Assembly (NCBI RefSeq): GCF_030684315.1
Contig: NC_081379.1
Span: 29,527,947 to 29,591,946, forward strand
DNA length: 64,000 bases
Source: Stegostoma tigrinum
Lineage: Eukaryota
Direction of reading: 5' to 3'
The first letter of the stretch is position 1; every line of letters begins with the position of its first letter. This document shows positions 26,405 through 39,585 of this stretch, piece after piece. The notes beneath the pieces are model-generated. The model ran no database searches and was not told the DNA's origin. It saw nothing but the letters and a program-made list of their open reading frames with translations. Both the position numbers and the translations under genes were made by a program.

Positions 26405-26540
26405 CAGAGCTGTTCTGAAGAAGTTTCACTAAACTTGAAATGTTAACTCTGCTTTCTTTCTTCAGATGCTGCCAGACCTGCTGAGTTTCTCTAGCTAGTT
26501 CATCTTTGTTTCAGATGTCCAACATCCACAGTTCAATGTT
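26405..26540 (+). mobile_element. Solo Penelope-like pLTR with hammerhead-like motif
   Basis: gtt-CTGAAGA-agtttcactaaactt-GAAA-tgtt-aac (26412-26447), then agatgctgccagacctgctgagtt as in the 34700 and 35605 copies. Confidence 0.7.
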
Positions 26541-27095
26541 TAATTTTATGCATGGGTAGACTTGCTTGATTTTGTTTCCACTTGTGGCAGGCAGAAAATC
26601 AGGATACAAAAACCAGTGGATAAATCTACAAGGATAGAAATTGGGAAGATTAGGTCGATAACAATGAAGGATAATAAGGAATGAGCAATAAACTAATCAA
26701 AATTGCAAATTACCAGATCCACCACAATTGTAGAAATGTTACGAAAGGCTTTTATCACCCAAAAGGAATCACAGACCATTCTGAACATTTGGGCTTGTGC
26801 TTATTTCAAGGCGTGAGGTATTACAAAACAGATGACATTCTTAAACTAAAGTGAGAGCAACTTGACAGCCAGGTGAAGAACCTGTCTCCTGCAGATTATC
26901 AGGTAAATGGATTTGACAGTTTCTTGATTGTTACAAGAGAGCTGGGATATGTAAAATCTCTGCATACATCATGTGTAGAATTTTTTAAAAATAATTTTTC
27001 TATTAGAGTTGAGCTGGGTCAGTGAAGCAAAATAGTATGCAGATGTGGTACAGCCACAACCGTTGCCAAACAGGTGGAGCAAGTTATGAATACTT

Positions 27096-27122
27096 TATAT
27101 ATATTATATATATATATATATA
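27096..27122. repeat. Imperfect (TA)n microsatellite
   Basis: tatatatattatatatatatatata. Confidence 0.9.
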
Positions 27123-27269
27123 AACATGAATCTTTATTATTCCAAATTTATCATTGTGAATTTAAAAGCTGTCATCTCTAATTGAAATTCACATTGCAGT
27201 GAACTATAATGTTGCTTATACACCACAGACTAAAGTGACACATATCATTCTTTGAAGCTTGCACCGCAA

Positions 27270-27920
27270 ATACAGAGGGTGGTTAAGAAGGCACTTAGCA
27301 CTCTTGCCTTCATTGTTGGGACCACTGAGTAGAGGAATTGGGACATCATGTTGAGGTTGTACAGGATGTTGGTGAGGCCTCTTCTGAAGTACCCTGTGCA
27401 GTTCTGGTCACCCTGCTGGAGGAAGGATTTATTAAATTGGAGAGGGTTCAGAAGAGATTTACCAGAATATTGCTGGGAAAGGAGGGTTTGAGTTATAGGG
27501 AGAATCTCGACAGGCTGGGACTATTTTCACTGGATGTTGAGGGGTGACTTTACAGAAATTCATAAAATTATGAGAATCACAGATAAGGTGAATAGGAAAG
27601 GTGTTTTTCCATAGGGTGGGGGGATTCAAAACCAGGGGACATATTTTTTAGGTGAGAGGAGAAACATTTAAGAGGGATCTGAGGGGCAACTTTTTCACAG
27701 AGCGAATGGTTCTTGTGTGGAGCAAACTACCAAAGAAAGTGGAAGATGCAGGTGCAGTTACAACATTTAAAAGACATTTGGATAAGTACAAGAATAGGAA
27801 AGATTTAGAGGGACATGAGGCAAACACAGGAAAGTGGGACTAGTTTATGTAAAGCTTGGCCGACATGGATGAGTTGGACCAAAGGGTCCGTTTCTGTGCT
27901 CTATGAATCTATGACTCTGT
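27270..27920 (+). mobile_element. CR1 3' fragment
   Basis: ORF track gives IKLERVQKRFTRILLGKEGLSYRENLDRLGLFSL and FKRDLRGNFFTERMV..W. The tail is ctatgaatctatgactct. Confidence 0.9.
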
Positions 27921-29108
27921 AATGTCAGAGATCTGCTGAGATTGTGAGCTCTTCATCCAGCTATTGATATTCCTTCATCATTCTGCTGTCACCATGCCAA
28001 CTGCTCCCATTTCTGAAGCTGTCAGATATTTTTCAGAAGGTTAGGAGTTGTCTGGTTGCCATCCACTGCTATTATGGCAAGTAACGTGCAGTTGAATATT
28101 CTGATAAAACACATGACTAATTTGCCAGAACATATTTGCTTGCATCCTGAAGAGGGTAACAGTATCAAAAGGACCAGAAAAGCAATGATTCTATCACAGC
28201 TTATTTAATAATTCATTCTGTTATTAAATCCGAATTAAGTATGACGAAGCCCAGCAGATGACTCTTAATGGAAACACTGTTGTGACTAATTTTTACTTTA
28301 GCTACTTATCACTATTAGTGAAGAAATAGCCTTTATTTAGTGTGCCTATTGCTTTTAACATTAAGATAATCAAGAGTTGGTCGTTATTTGTAATGTAGTG
28401 TTACGCCCTTAAATTGGATGTTCCAGCGTCAGTTTTTCAAAAATTAAACTGTTATGGCTAAAGATGAAATTTACACACTTTTGGGTCTACAAATCATTGC
28501 ACAATCTTCTGTCAGTCAATGAATGCTAATATCACTGGTAAATTTGTAAGGGAGGTACTGTTGTTTAAGTCATGTAAGGATTTGAATTGTACTCATTATG
28601 GCTAAAATGACATGGCTGCAGATGTAGTCAAATTTTCACTTCTACCAGTGAAGTTCAGTTCCATTGTAATGTTGGATTAACTAGCTCCTCATGGTTACTT
28701 TCACTCATTCTGTCAATGAGGAGTATTTTGTAAATGTTACTTCCAGACCATGGTAATGTTCCTCAATTTGTTACAGTTTCAGCTGGGGTACATCAATTCA
28801 TTAAGCTTGCAGATACAGAAGGAAGAACTGGCTCTCCTTCATTATTCACCCAACTCCTTGCTAAGTTACAACAAAGTTAATTTTTAAATCGATCCCTTCA
28901 CTTGCGGATACGTTTCTCCTAGATTCAAATGAACTTGTTTTAAAAGGAACAAATTTAAACAGACTTTCTTGAAATAACAAAGAGTGATTCATTTATTAAT
29001 TACTAGAAGTGGGAAGAGTTTATAGTACAAGACACATATGCACAGAATAATATTAAGGAGGGGGTCCAACAAGGTAAAAGTGTAAAAATAAACACAGATA
29101 TATGGATC

Positions 29109-29479
29109 AGTGATACCAAGGTGTAGAGCTGGATGAACACAGTAGGCCAAGCAGCATCAGAAGAGCAGGAAAGCTGGTGTTTTGTGTCTGGACCCTTCAA
29201 GATGTAGGGGTCCAGACCCAAAACATTAGCTTTCCTGCTCCTCTGATGCTGTTTGGCCTTCTGCATTCATCAAGCTCTACACCTTGTTATCTCAGATTCT
29301 CTAGCATCGACAGTTCCTACTATCTCTGAATCAATTTTAATCCCACTGTGAAGCCAGAAGGGCCCAGACCCATAACATCAGCTTTCCTGCTCCTCTGATG
29401 CTGATTGGTCTGCTGTGTTTGTCCAGCTCTACACCTTGTTATCTCAGATTCTCCAGCATCAGCAATTCCAACTATCTCT
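29109..29479. mobile_element. Penelope-like pLTR cluster: one inverted plus two tandem copies
   Basis: A minus copy at ~29109-29198 is followed by plus copies at ~29207-29328 and ~29357-29479 (gacccaaaacattagctttcctgctcctctgatgctg...ttgttatctcagattctc). The hammerhead cores are truncated or decayed. Confidence 0.85.
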
Positions 29480-29764
29480 ATATAATCAGTCTCTGAGTTG
29501 TTGCTGAGGGTGGATATTTGAATATAGTGGTCATTGCAATGGAGGTTACTGGCGGTGCTGATGTTGGTCATTGCATAGTTGTTTTCATGATCCTTAGTTT
29601 TGTGGATTGGTAGAGATTTTGTTGCTCTGATTCCTTTCAGCTATGAATGATTACCAGTACTCAGGATGAGACAGAGTTCGCTTTGTCTGGTTTCCTTTAA
29701 CCTGACTGCTGACTAGCTAACTTTGAGCACTTGGAGTAAGAAATGGGGTTTATAAGCCCAAAAG

Positions 29765-29925
29765 ACCATAAGACATAAGAGTGGAAGTAAGGCCATTTTG
29801 CCCATCAAGCCCACTCCGCCATTTAAATCATGGCTGATGGGCATTTCAACTCCACTTCCCTGCCCTCTCCCTGTAGCCCTTGATTCCTTGTGAGATCAAG
29901 AATTTGTCGATCTCCGCCTTGAAGG
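29765..29925 (-). mobile_element. CR1 3' UTR fragment
   Basis: gaccataagacataagagtggaagtaaggccatt is the reverse complement of a CR1 microsatellite tail and hairpin. Confidence 0.8.
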
Positions 29926-30747
29926 TTTAGCTGCAATACAGGGGTGACTGGTGACTGTTGTTTATCTGCGACTTTCACAGCTTGTTAAAAGATCAGTCAA
30001 GAGAATGTTCATTCCCATTAGCACAACCCAGTAGGGTTGAAAGTTGCTTTTCACCCTCTGTCCTAGTGTCTTCTTCAAAGGGAAAAACACAAAATGTATC
30101 TGCAGTTTGGGATATAATCTGCAGGGGTGGGGGTGGCTTGCCTCTTGTTACTTTTGCAAGAGATCACAGTCAATCTCATCTGTCTCATCTCTTCTACCCC
30201 TTGAAGGGCTATTGTTTGAAGTTTGCCTCAGACTCTTAGGTACAACATTCTATGGATCTTTCTCTCCTGGCATTCACTGAATTTACATCTGCAGCCATTT
30301 TTAGTTGTATCACATTTTTAAAATTATTAGTTAAAAATGTTCACAGTGTGTGGTTCTGACCAGTAATAATGCTAAACATATCAACAGAAATAATCAAGGT
30401 ATAAAACTGGTCCCAATTGTTTTTTGAGATTCACTTAGTAAAAATGTGCTTACAGCGAGGATTCCTCTTTAAAAGCTTTTAATTGCCATCATTAGACACT
30501 TGTGGAAAATTTGATAGCTTTTTATGTCCTGCTCAAGAAATTACATTCTGGAGATATTAGGACTTGAGCATTATTGGGTGGCAGTTTACATCATTATTCA
30601 TTGTTATTGGAATTTGGGACATGAGGAGTTTTGTGAGAAAATCTGCTGCATGTTTCAGACCAAATCATGATACCAGACTATTATTGCAGATGAAGTGAAA
30701 GGGTTTAGCTGAACATTATATTGACAGTGAAGTAATACACTGTGTGT

Positions 30748-31077
30748 GGGTGGCAGAACGACTCAGTGATTAGTACTGATGCCTCACAGCACCAGGGACC
30801 CGCGTTCAAATCCACAGTTGGGGCTCCTGTCTGTGTGGACTTTGTGTCTTTGTGGATTTCCACCCGGCACGCCAGTTTTCTCCCACAGACCAACAATGTG
30901 CAGGTTAGGTGGAGCGACCAAATTGTCACTGAATTGTCCCATAGTGTCCAGGGATGTGCGGGCTAGATGGATCAGCCATGCGCAATGCAGGGATGGGTAT
31001 GGTGGAATTCTCTTTGGAGGGTCAAAGTGGATTTGATGGGCCAAAAGGCCTGCTTCCAGGCTATAGAGATTCTATGA
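30748..31077 (+). mobile_element. HE1-type tRNA-derived SINE, near full length
   Basis: Pol III A-box-like gactcagtgattag and B-box-like gttcaaatcc. The 3' end aggcctgcttcc...gattctatga is CR1-derived. Confidence 0.85.
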
Positions 31078-32344
31078 ACACATGAATTTTACCAAATAAA
31101 GTCTCAATAATTAGTGGCATCATAATGATAGTAGTACTAAGTCATTTCACACACCTATCCAGTAGCTTTGGTACTTCCTCTGATATAAAGCAAAGTCACA
31201 AGTTAAGTTACTATTTCAATTATGGGTGGAGTGAAATTTTAAAAATAACCATTATTTACAGTTTGAGGACATTGAAATATAAAACATTTAATTTGGTCCA
31301 CTTGGTTTTGTACTTTTGTAAAGTTACCTTATTACTAAAATTTCAGTTTTTCACCTTCCTTGAGGTGTTTGGAGAAGTTGTTCAAATGGAGGAAGATTGA
31401 GGGGAAATTGCACTGATTACCGGAGCTCCATTTCCTGCTGTCGATTGCCCATAGAGGATACAATCAGTGGTAAGATTTACTGCTGAATTCTTTCTTATTG
31501 TCTTTTGTCAAATCATGGAGCAGAATCCAGCTCAAGATGTCTCAACTCTGTCCCACAGTTGTACATTAACCCAAAATGCACAGCAGCCTCTGATGCTGCA
31601 CAAAGGTGATATTTCCATTTGCCACACCAGCTACCCTTGTGGCAGAGGTGAGATGGTCAATTTCACATTAACTGGTGTGCAATATCAAGGCATTTTATAT
31701 TGTGAGCTTGCTGCCACCAGAAACTGAAATGAGATGGTTGAAACCCCATTCCTTTATTCATCCTCTCTGTCATCTAAGAAGAGGCCATTTCCTGCTTGAT
31801 CAGTGTGGCTTACACTGGAACCCATAACTGTATAATTTTAACCCACCTTCCTCTCAAGACTTATGATCTTATCCGATAAGTAATAACACCATGAGTTTTC
31901 CCAGTGAAAGAAAATCATATTTCAATGAACCTGCTCTAGATAGGTAGAAGTTTTGCAGGCAGGTGTGAGTTGGGAGCAGGGCTGAAAGTTACAAATTTAA
32001 CTCCATCAAATGTTTATTTGCCTTCTATAGGACTCCCCATTTCCCTCCTGCCCCTGAAAGACACACTGTCAGGCCTTGCTCCTTGTCAGTTGGCTGCATT
32101 CCACAGGAGTAGTCAGGGAACTAGCAATTTCCATTGCAAACTTGGTTGAGGGGGATCTGATCCCTCAACTTTGGGGATGGATCAGCTCAATACCCAGATA
32201 CAACAGGATCAGATGCCAAGTCACCAAAGTTCAATTGGAAATATCTTTGTATGGGGTGAGGGAAGGTGTATCTAATTTGAAGGGTTGCCTAAGAGGCCAC
32301 TGGGACTACCTCTACTCCTCCTGGCTCACAGGTAAAGACATATT

Positions 32345-32820
32345 ACATCAGACCATAAGTACCAGGAGCAAGAATAGGCCAGTCAGCCCCTCGAACCTGC
32401 TCTGCCATTTGATACAATCATAATTGATCTCATCTTGACCTCAACTCCACTCTCCTACCCATTCCCTACAACCTTTCTAATTAATGTTAATTAAAAACCT
32501 ATCTATCTCCTTAAATTTATTTCATGTCCCAGTGTCCACCACACTCTGGGGTAGTGAATTCTACAGACTTATAACCCTTTGGGAGAAGTAATTCCTCCTC
32601 AGCTTTCTTTTAAATCTGCTACCTGTCATTCAAAAACTGTGACCGCTCATCTTAAATTGCCTCACAAGGGGAAACATCTGCCCTCTGTATACTTTGTTAA
32701 TCCCTTTTGCATCTTATATACGTAAATCAGATCTCCTCTCATTCTGCAAAACTCAAACGAGTTTAGGCCTAAACTATTCAATCTCTCCTCACAGGACAAG
32801 CCTTTTATTTCTGGAACTGC
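32345..32820 (-). mobile_element. CR1 3' fragment
   Basis: gaccataagtaccaggagcaagaataggcc tail plus ORF2-terminal similarity to the other CR1 copies. Confidence 0.75.
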
Positions 32821-33874
32821 ATTGTTTTTGAAGCTCCCATCACAGCACCTCAGCTGTTGGGTATTCTAAGGCTTTGAAAACCATGCTAACCGGAGTTAAT
32901 TTTCGGGCTGCCAGCATCATTGAAATACAGGGGTTCTCATTATTCACAGAAGATACATTTCAGTAAAGTGAAAGAATGAAAAACAGAGATTTAGTTCCTA
33001 CGAGACATAATTAATTAATTTTTGGCAACACCCTGAAAAAAATGATGTAAGTGCGAAGTAGTATAATGGGGAGGCGTATACACATCAATAAGTACCAGGG
33101 CAACAATTAGCACAGACCCCCATATGGAATTTGTTCCCGGGGAAGAGACTGACTGTCTGCTCTTTGCCCTATGTCCGTTGAACACAAATGTGGGCAGGTT
33201 GGAAGTGTGCTGGAGCAGTTTTGTTCATTACATAGTTTCAAATCTCGCAGAACCCAAGCAGCCTGTATTTTTAAGGAGTTGAGATTCGGTCTGATTCTTC
33301 TGCTGGATATCACAATGTTACGTTGATGTTAACACTGTTTCCCATTTGCCAATTATGACTTATGAGATCTCCCTAACCAGTGATATATAAACAAGATACA
33401 TTCTACAACTTCTACAGAGGTCAGGAAGCTCTGAAGCTTTGCTGCTTTGAAAAGATACTGTTATTCACATATTTACAACTTGGCATTCATGAAGACCTTT
33501 TATTTCTTGGAGTTAAACTTAATTTAAAACTGTGAATATAAGATGCAAAGGGATTTAGACTAAATCAGGTCCTGTACATCCATTATTAAGATTAGAATGT
33601 AAAATATCATATTTCTAATATTTCAGAAAATGAGTACTGTACTTCCCTGTGTAAGCATGCTGTTCATCTCATACCACTTTGCAAATGATTTTGGGCAAAA
33701 CCACTTTCACTTGGGCAAACAATTTCCACAGAGGACATTTATTAGAAACAGAAGAGTGAAGCGCAGAAACCCCAGAAGATTAGTATAAAATGAAGAAAGA
33801 ATCTCATCAAAGTACATTGCTGTAAAATTTTACAATTACTTTTATGTCACCAAATTATCATATCATCCAAGGTT

Positions 33875-34040
33875 TTATTCATATTCTTGAGTAGGAAGTG
33901 GGTGTCACTGGCTGGGCCAGTATTTATTGCCTGTCCCTCGTTGTCCTTGAGAAGGTGGTGTTGAGCTGTCCTCTTGAACCACTGGAGACCATGTGCTGTA
34001 GGTAGACCCACAATGCCCTTGGGACGAATTCCAGGATTGA
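33875..34040 (-). mobile_element. 3' end of CR1/L2-group LINE
   Basis: gctgggccagtatttattgcc...cttgagaaggtggtg...ttccaggatt, cut off by the PLE that follows. Confidence 0.75.
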
Positions 34041-34575
34041 GCTATGGGGTTCCCAAGAGGAAAATGAGATGTCGTTCTTCAAACTTGCACTGAAGCTTGC
34101 TAAAACACTGCAGACGTGTTGGAGTGGGAACACAACAGTGTGTTAAAGTGGCATGTGACTGAAACCGTTGGGTCATTGTTGTGGACAAAATGGGTGTGTT
34201 CTGCAAAATGTCATCCAGTCTGCATTTCATCTCCCCAGTGTAGAGGAGACCACTCATTTTCCATTTGGGTCCCCTGCACCTCTGGGATTCAACAACTTTA
34301 ATTCAACAACTTAAAAGTTCAATAAATTTAGAGCTTGATTCCATCCATCTATGTCTTTTACTCATCCCCACACCCATTCCTGTCATGACATGGATTGCTT
34401 TTAGCACAACCAATCCATTCTCACTTACTTTCAGGCCTATTATCCCGTTAATATGGTTTGCTTTCAGCACAGATTACTCATTCTCTGCTAGCCTCAGCTC
34501 TCATTATCACTATTTCAGCTTCTCTTCTGTTTTGGCCTGGCATTCATAATCCTCTTGTTTTACCTATCCCTTTCA

Positions 34576-34614
<39 letters not shown>

Positions 34615-34805
34615 GCTCCATGACTCCTCACATCTCACTTTAGCCTCACCCCCTCCCCAAACTTCACCTTCAGCACAAACACCACCTTCTCCTTGCTGCT
34701 ATCAGTTCAGATGAAGAATCACTGGACTTGAAGCATTAACTCTGTTTTCTTCCCACAGAAGCTGGCAGACCTGCCAAGGTTTGCCAGCAATTTCTGTTTT
34801 CTGTT
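34040..34805. mobile_element. Old Penelope-like fragment with inversion
   Basis: Minus 34040-34250 encodes GLLYTGEMKCRLDD...EERHLIFLLGT (GIY-YIG C-terminus). Plus 34253-34805 is the 3' region with a decayed hammerhead ttcagatgaagaatcactggacttgaagcattaac. Confidence 0.75.
34579..34612. repeat. (CT)17 microsatellite
   Basis: Directly visible. Confidence 0.97.
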
Positions 34806-35604
34806 TGTTTTTATTGCCTGGTATATTATCTTTTTAATCTGCCAAACTTTCATTGAAAATATTTTCCAAATGGTAATTCAATTTGGCAATTTTCCATTGT
34901 ATTTAGATATTTAATACGTTCAGTTAAATGTTCCTCACTAACATTTTCAAGTTATTGTTTGGAATTTATCCTATGCACAGATACCCTACCTTTTTGTTTG
35001 TGTTTTATTCAAATGCTGCTTTTGTTCAAATAGATATAGATTGACTTAGAGCAATGATTTATGATTGAGGGCTAAATTGGATATCCCCTGTGAACAGACG
35101 GAGGGATTGCAATGTGCAGTTAATATATATGTTTTCAGTGTAATGCAGGCAGTATGCCAACTTGAATGATTGCTGTGGGCAGCCAATGTTAACATTACTG
35201 TTCATTGTCTGTACACATCAACAGGAGCTCCGAATCCATAATTTGCTAGCATCAGTTACAGCTAACTTGTGCCTCATAAAGGGAAAGCGCATTGTGGTTG
35301 GAGCAGGAGCTTGCAGTCATACAAGAAGTAAATCCACTTTGGGAAATAGTGAAACCTGACATAATTTGCGGAAAGTGGTATCCAATGCTTTTAAATGCAG
35401 CATTGGAGGTCTGGAAGAGGGTGGAAAATAGATGGGAATTCCTATCCCTGCAGATGGTCAGAAGGCTCTCCAGACATGTGCTCGAAGTGCAGTGGTAGCA
35501 GATAGCAAATCAACCACGATAGCCTTAGCAGCCAAACAAATTGCACCACTCTCAGTTCATATTCTCTCTTAAAAAATGGTGGTATACTTCTGGAGTCAAT
35601 AGCA

Positions 35605-36195
35605 ATAAAAACAAAGTTGCTGGAAAAGCTCAGCAGGTCTGGCAGCATCTGTGAAGGAGAAAACAGGGATAACGTTTCATGTCTGGTGACCCTTCCTCAG
35701 AACTGGTGGTGGCTGGGAAAATGTCAGTTTATATTCAGGAAATAGGGAGGTGTGTGGGGTAGGGAGTAAACGATAGGATAGAGCCCAAAGAGAGAGAAAG
35801 GCAGTTGGACAGACAATGTTGCTAATGATCAGGCTGGGAGGTTGAATAGTTGTTAATGGGGGCTGTTAGTGACTAACAACAGGGGGTGTGTAATGGCAGG
35901 CTATGTGGTAACAAGGCCTGATGTGTGAGGTGGGGGCTGGGACGTGGGAGAGTTTAGGCCCTAAAATTATTGAACTCAGTACTGAGTCCAGAGGGCTGTA
36001 GGGTCCCCACATGGAAAATGAGGTGTTGTTCCTCCAACTTGTGTTGGTCTTCGCTGGAACACTACAGCAAGCCAGAGACAGAGATGTTGGCCAGGGAGCA
36101 GGGTGGTGCATTAAAGTGGCAGGAAACAGGTAGTTCAGGGTCTTTTTTGCAAGCAGAACGTAGATGTTCTGAGAAGCGGTTGCCATGTCTACACT
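35605..36195 (-). mobile_element. Penelope-like 3' fragment (GIY-YIG C-terminus plus pLTR)
   Basis: Minus strand encodes ...KLEEQHLIFHVGTLQPSGLS. The pLTR carries gtt-CTGAGGA-agggtcaccagacat-GAAA-cgtt at 35668-35703. Confidence 0.85.
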
Positions 36196-36635
36196 TCGAG
36201 TCAATAGGAGGCTCACTTGCTTTGTCCATCCCTGATGGTGTAGATGATGTTGGTCATCATTGAGGCATCTCCTGCTGTGGCTCTGTCCAGAAGTGGGGTT
36301 GGTACCAGTGAAAAATATGATATCTTCATAATTAATTCACCTTTTTGACATCAGCCCTCCACAAAATTGGAAAATGGGAATAGATCATCCATTGTCTTTC
36401 TAATTCCTACAACGATTTTTGTGCTAGGAAAAGTTGAGAATGATAATTCTGCTCAGATGCCATTAAACATTACTTAAGCGCTTTCTCCTACCATCTCTGG
36501 CATTCCACCAGCAGCAAACCAAAGTATGCTCCACCATGTGGGGATAATGCCCAATAAAATACGGCATTTTAAAAATATGGCCTCATCAACAAACCCCCAT
36601 CTGGTCACAGAGACTTGTCTGACCAATCTTTTTTT

Positions 36636-36965
36636 TTTAATTCATTCACAAGATGTGGGGTCATTGGTGAGACCAGCATTTATTGCTCACCCTAACTGCC
36701 AAAGGGTACATTACTATGGATCTGGAGTTATATGCCAGACTGCATAGGCATGGCAGATTTCCTTCCCTGAAGGACTTTCATGAACTAGATGGGTTTTTCC
36801 TGACAGTTGACAATGGTTTCACTGTTACCATTGGACGCTTAATTCCAATTAATTTTTATTGAATTAAAATTTCTCCATGATGGAATTTGAATGCAAGTCC
36901 CAAAAACATTATCTGGGTCACTGGATTAATAGTCCAGCAATAATACCATTGGACAAAACCTCTCC
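36636..36965 (-). mobile_element. tRNA-head shark SINE (SacSINE1-like)
   Basis: Minus strand starts with tggtattattgctggactattaatccag and a B-box-like cattcaaattcc. It ends in the caataaatgctgg...gaatgaat tail shared with the LINE at 13725-13770. Confidence 0.7.
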
Positions 36966-38438
36966 TACCTCATGCGCACTACCGCTCCATCTCAGCTTGA
37001 TGTCAATGCTACTCCTCTAGGCCGGCTGCAATCCCAGCAGTGACCACTATGGTGCTGCTGAGAGGCTAGAGTTACCAGCCCTCAGATCAGTCCGCAATGC
37101 CTCTCTCCAAAGAGAGAAAAGATGTAGAAGGCGTGCCGGATGGAAGCAGAATTGAGTTGTGGCTCCCTAAAGAGGCTGAGGTGGAGCTCTACAAACCCCC
37201 GCTAGATTCCTGACCTACTGTCTGGGCGTTGTAGCGAGCAGCGTTCAAAGGGACTTGTTCAAATGGAGCAGTTTATTGGGCTTGATGTGTTGCCCCCCAC
37301 CCCGACCCCGGTATTGGCTCCACAGAGCAAAAATAATCTGATATTCTCTCTCAGGTTCACACTAGTTGCCCTTGCATACTACTACTCTGTCAGTGCCCTT
37401 GCTGTTATTTATCAACAAACTAGCTCAGATTGCTGCCACCTATACCAAGATAGTGCACTCTGAGGCTGTGACTGTTGGCCCCTGAGCTGGTTGAGGCTGG
37501 TCGTCAAGGCCGTCTGCAGTCTCCTCCACTGAAGGGCAGCAGCGTTCCAGCAGCTCAGCAACCCGAGTAGCTCTGACAGGGAGCACTGGCAAATATCAGT
37601 TCCTGGTTTCCAATGCTTGAGTATTTTGCATGTGTACATGTGTTATTCGGAGAGTCATCAGTCTGATTTCCAGATATCCTTTGTCATCCAGTAGCCATCA
37701 TTTAGTTTGTTGTGAGGGCTCAAATGTAGCTGGCACTAAATGCCACAGAATTAAAGCACCATGATTGCTACCAAAATACCAGGCTTTGACCTAGTTGTAT
37801 GATTCATTTCTGCAGCCACACACCAGCTAGGCTTTCAGTGAGTGGAATCCGTTCTGGTTCCAGTGTATGATTGGGTTGAAAAACACAGCAGCATCTGCAA
37901 TTCTTTTGGTTTTTATGATTGGATTGACATGTGATGCCTGAAAAGTGAACGTGTGTGTGGTCATTGAAACTGCAACATGTGGAAGCCTGTAATCCTGACA
38001 AAGCTGTGTGCTCCATTTGTCGCTGGCAAGAAATGATGAAATGTACTTGGTGTCTTTTGAATAGAGAGCCTCAGTGACATTCCTTACACGACAGTGAACT
38101 GAAAATTGTGAATAGTTGCAAAGATCTCCACTTCCAACTCAGAAGAATTTAATTGCAAAAAAAAAATCTGTGGGCACCTTCATAACCTTTGGCAATGCCA
38201 TTCTGACTCTTCTCTCAGGAGATTGGTGAGGCAGCTGCAAGTGGCAGGTTTCATTGAACATGTTCTTACTGAAATGCGGATGTCTCATATGTCTCCCTGA
38301 ATATCTTGGATATCTATGACATTCTGTTAAGAAGTCTACTCCCATTTTTCTCCTCCTTCTTCGTGAAGCTTTGGTCTGCTTTGTCTGACCTCTGTTCATT
38401 CCCTAAGAAAGGGCAAAACTGGGAAAAAGTAACCATTA

Positions 38439-38748
38439 TCATAGAATCCCTACAGTGTGGAAACAGGCCCTTCAGCCCAACAAGCCCACACTGACACTCA
38501 GAGCATCCCATCCAGACCCACCCCCTATAATCCACCTAATCTATCTGAACACTACGGGCAATTTAGCATGGCCGATCCACCTAACCTGCACATCTTAGGA
38601 TTGTGAGAGGAAACCGGAGCAGCAGAGGAAAGCCATGCAGACACGGGGAGAAAACGCAAACTGCACACAGACAGTCACCCGAGAGTGGATTCAAACCCAA
38701 GTCCCTGGCGCTGTGAGGCAGCAGCGCTAACCACTGAGCCACCGTGCC
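38439..38748 (-). mobile_element. HE1-type SINE, full length
   Basis: Minus strand reads ggcacggtggctcagtggttagcgctgctgcctcacagcgccagggacttgggtttgaatcc (A and B boxes) through gggcctgtttccacactgtagggattctatga. Confidence 0.92.
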
Positions 38749-38779
38749 TTGATGTGCATTTTCATTGGGATAGCAAGTG

Positions 38780-39585
38780 AAATAAACCAATTTGAAACAT
38801 TAGTCCCAAATCTAAACAAGGGAAATTATGATGGTATGAAGGAGGGAGTTGGCTGCAATGGAGATAATAAGAACTGCAGATGCTGCTGGCAACAGTTGAG
38901 AGGCTCGAAAAGCACAGCAGGTCAGACGGCATCAGAGGAGCAGGAAAGTCAATGTTTCTGGCTGAAACCATTTATCAAGATGAAAAGTTGCCTGTAATGG
39001 GCTGGGTATCTTCATTAAAAGGGATGACTATGCATTGACAATGGTTTATATTTAAAGAATAAATCCATATATCACTACAGTTAGATATTCTTTTTGTGTG
39101 AAAGAATGCAGCAGGAGAGGTGGCACAACCCTTAATTTCTTTTACTAGCCGTGGTTGTGTTAAATCCAAAGAGAAGTCATATGAAGCTGCTAGACAATAG
39201 CAGCAAGCCTGAGGACTAGGAGCAATTTAGAATGCAATGAAGGAGGACCAAGAGTTTGATTAGGAGCAGAAAATTATGGTATGAGAGTAAACTTCCAGGA
39301 ACATAAAAGCAGACTGTAGGAGCATCTATGAATATGTAAAAAGAAAGGATTAGCACAGATAAACGTAGGCATCTTCCAGTCTAAAAATGGACAATTGATA
39401 GTGGAGAACAATATGGCACAGCATTTGAATAACTACTCTAGTTCTGTCTTTATGGAAGAAAATTCAAATAATTTTCCAGAAATACTAGGGAAGAAAGGGT
39501 GTCTTAGGAAGGAGAAATTGAAACAGATTTATATTACTATAATTAGTACTGGAGAAATTAACGGGACTGAAAATCGATAAATCAT
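38780..39585 (+). mobile_element. Old CR1 ORF2 mid-section, interrupted by a PLE pLTR
   Basis: PNLNKGNYDGMKE at ~38805 and decayed YESKL..NIKADCRSIYEYVKRK at ~39280-39345. Confidence 0.7.
38860..38980 (-). mobile_element. Penelope-like pLTR fragment
   Basis: gagataataagaactgcagatgctg...catcagaggagcaggaaagtcaatgtttc, the reverse complement of the pLTR/tail. Confidence 0.75.

Noticed and set aside
31365-31469. Possible exon ending cagtg|gtaaga
   Set aside because: The acceptor is ambiguous and the peptide is unrecognised. Not distinguishable from chance.
34286-34330. attcaacaactt tandem duplication near a PLE inversion point
   Set aside because: It lies ~35 nt from the junction and has equal-length units, so ordinary slippage explains it. 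Not counted as a stutter junction.
38690-38748. tRNA-like sequence with A/B boxes (also ~30750-30815)
   Set aside because: This is the SINE head, continuous with the HE1 body, and not a standalone tRNA gene.
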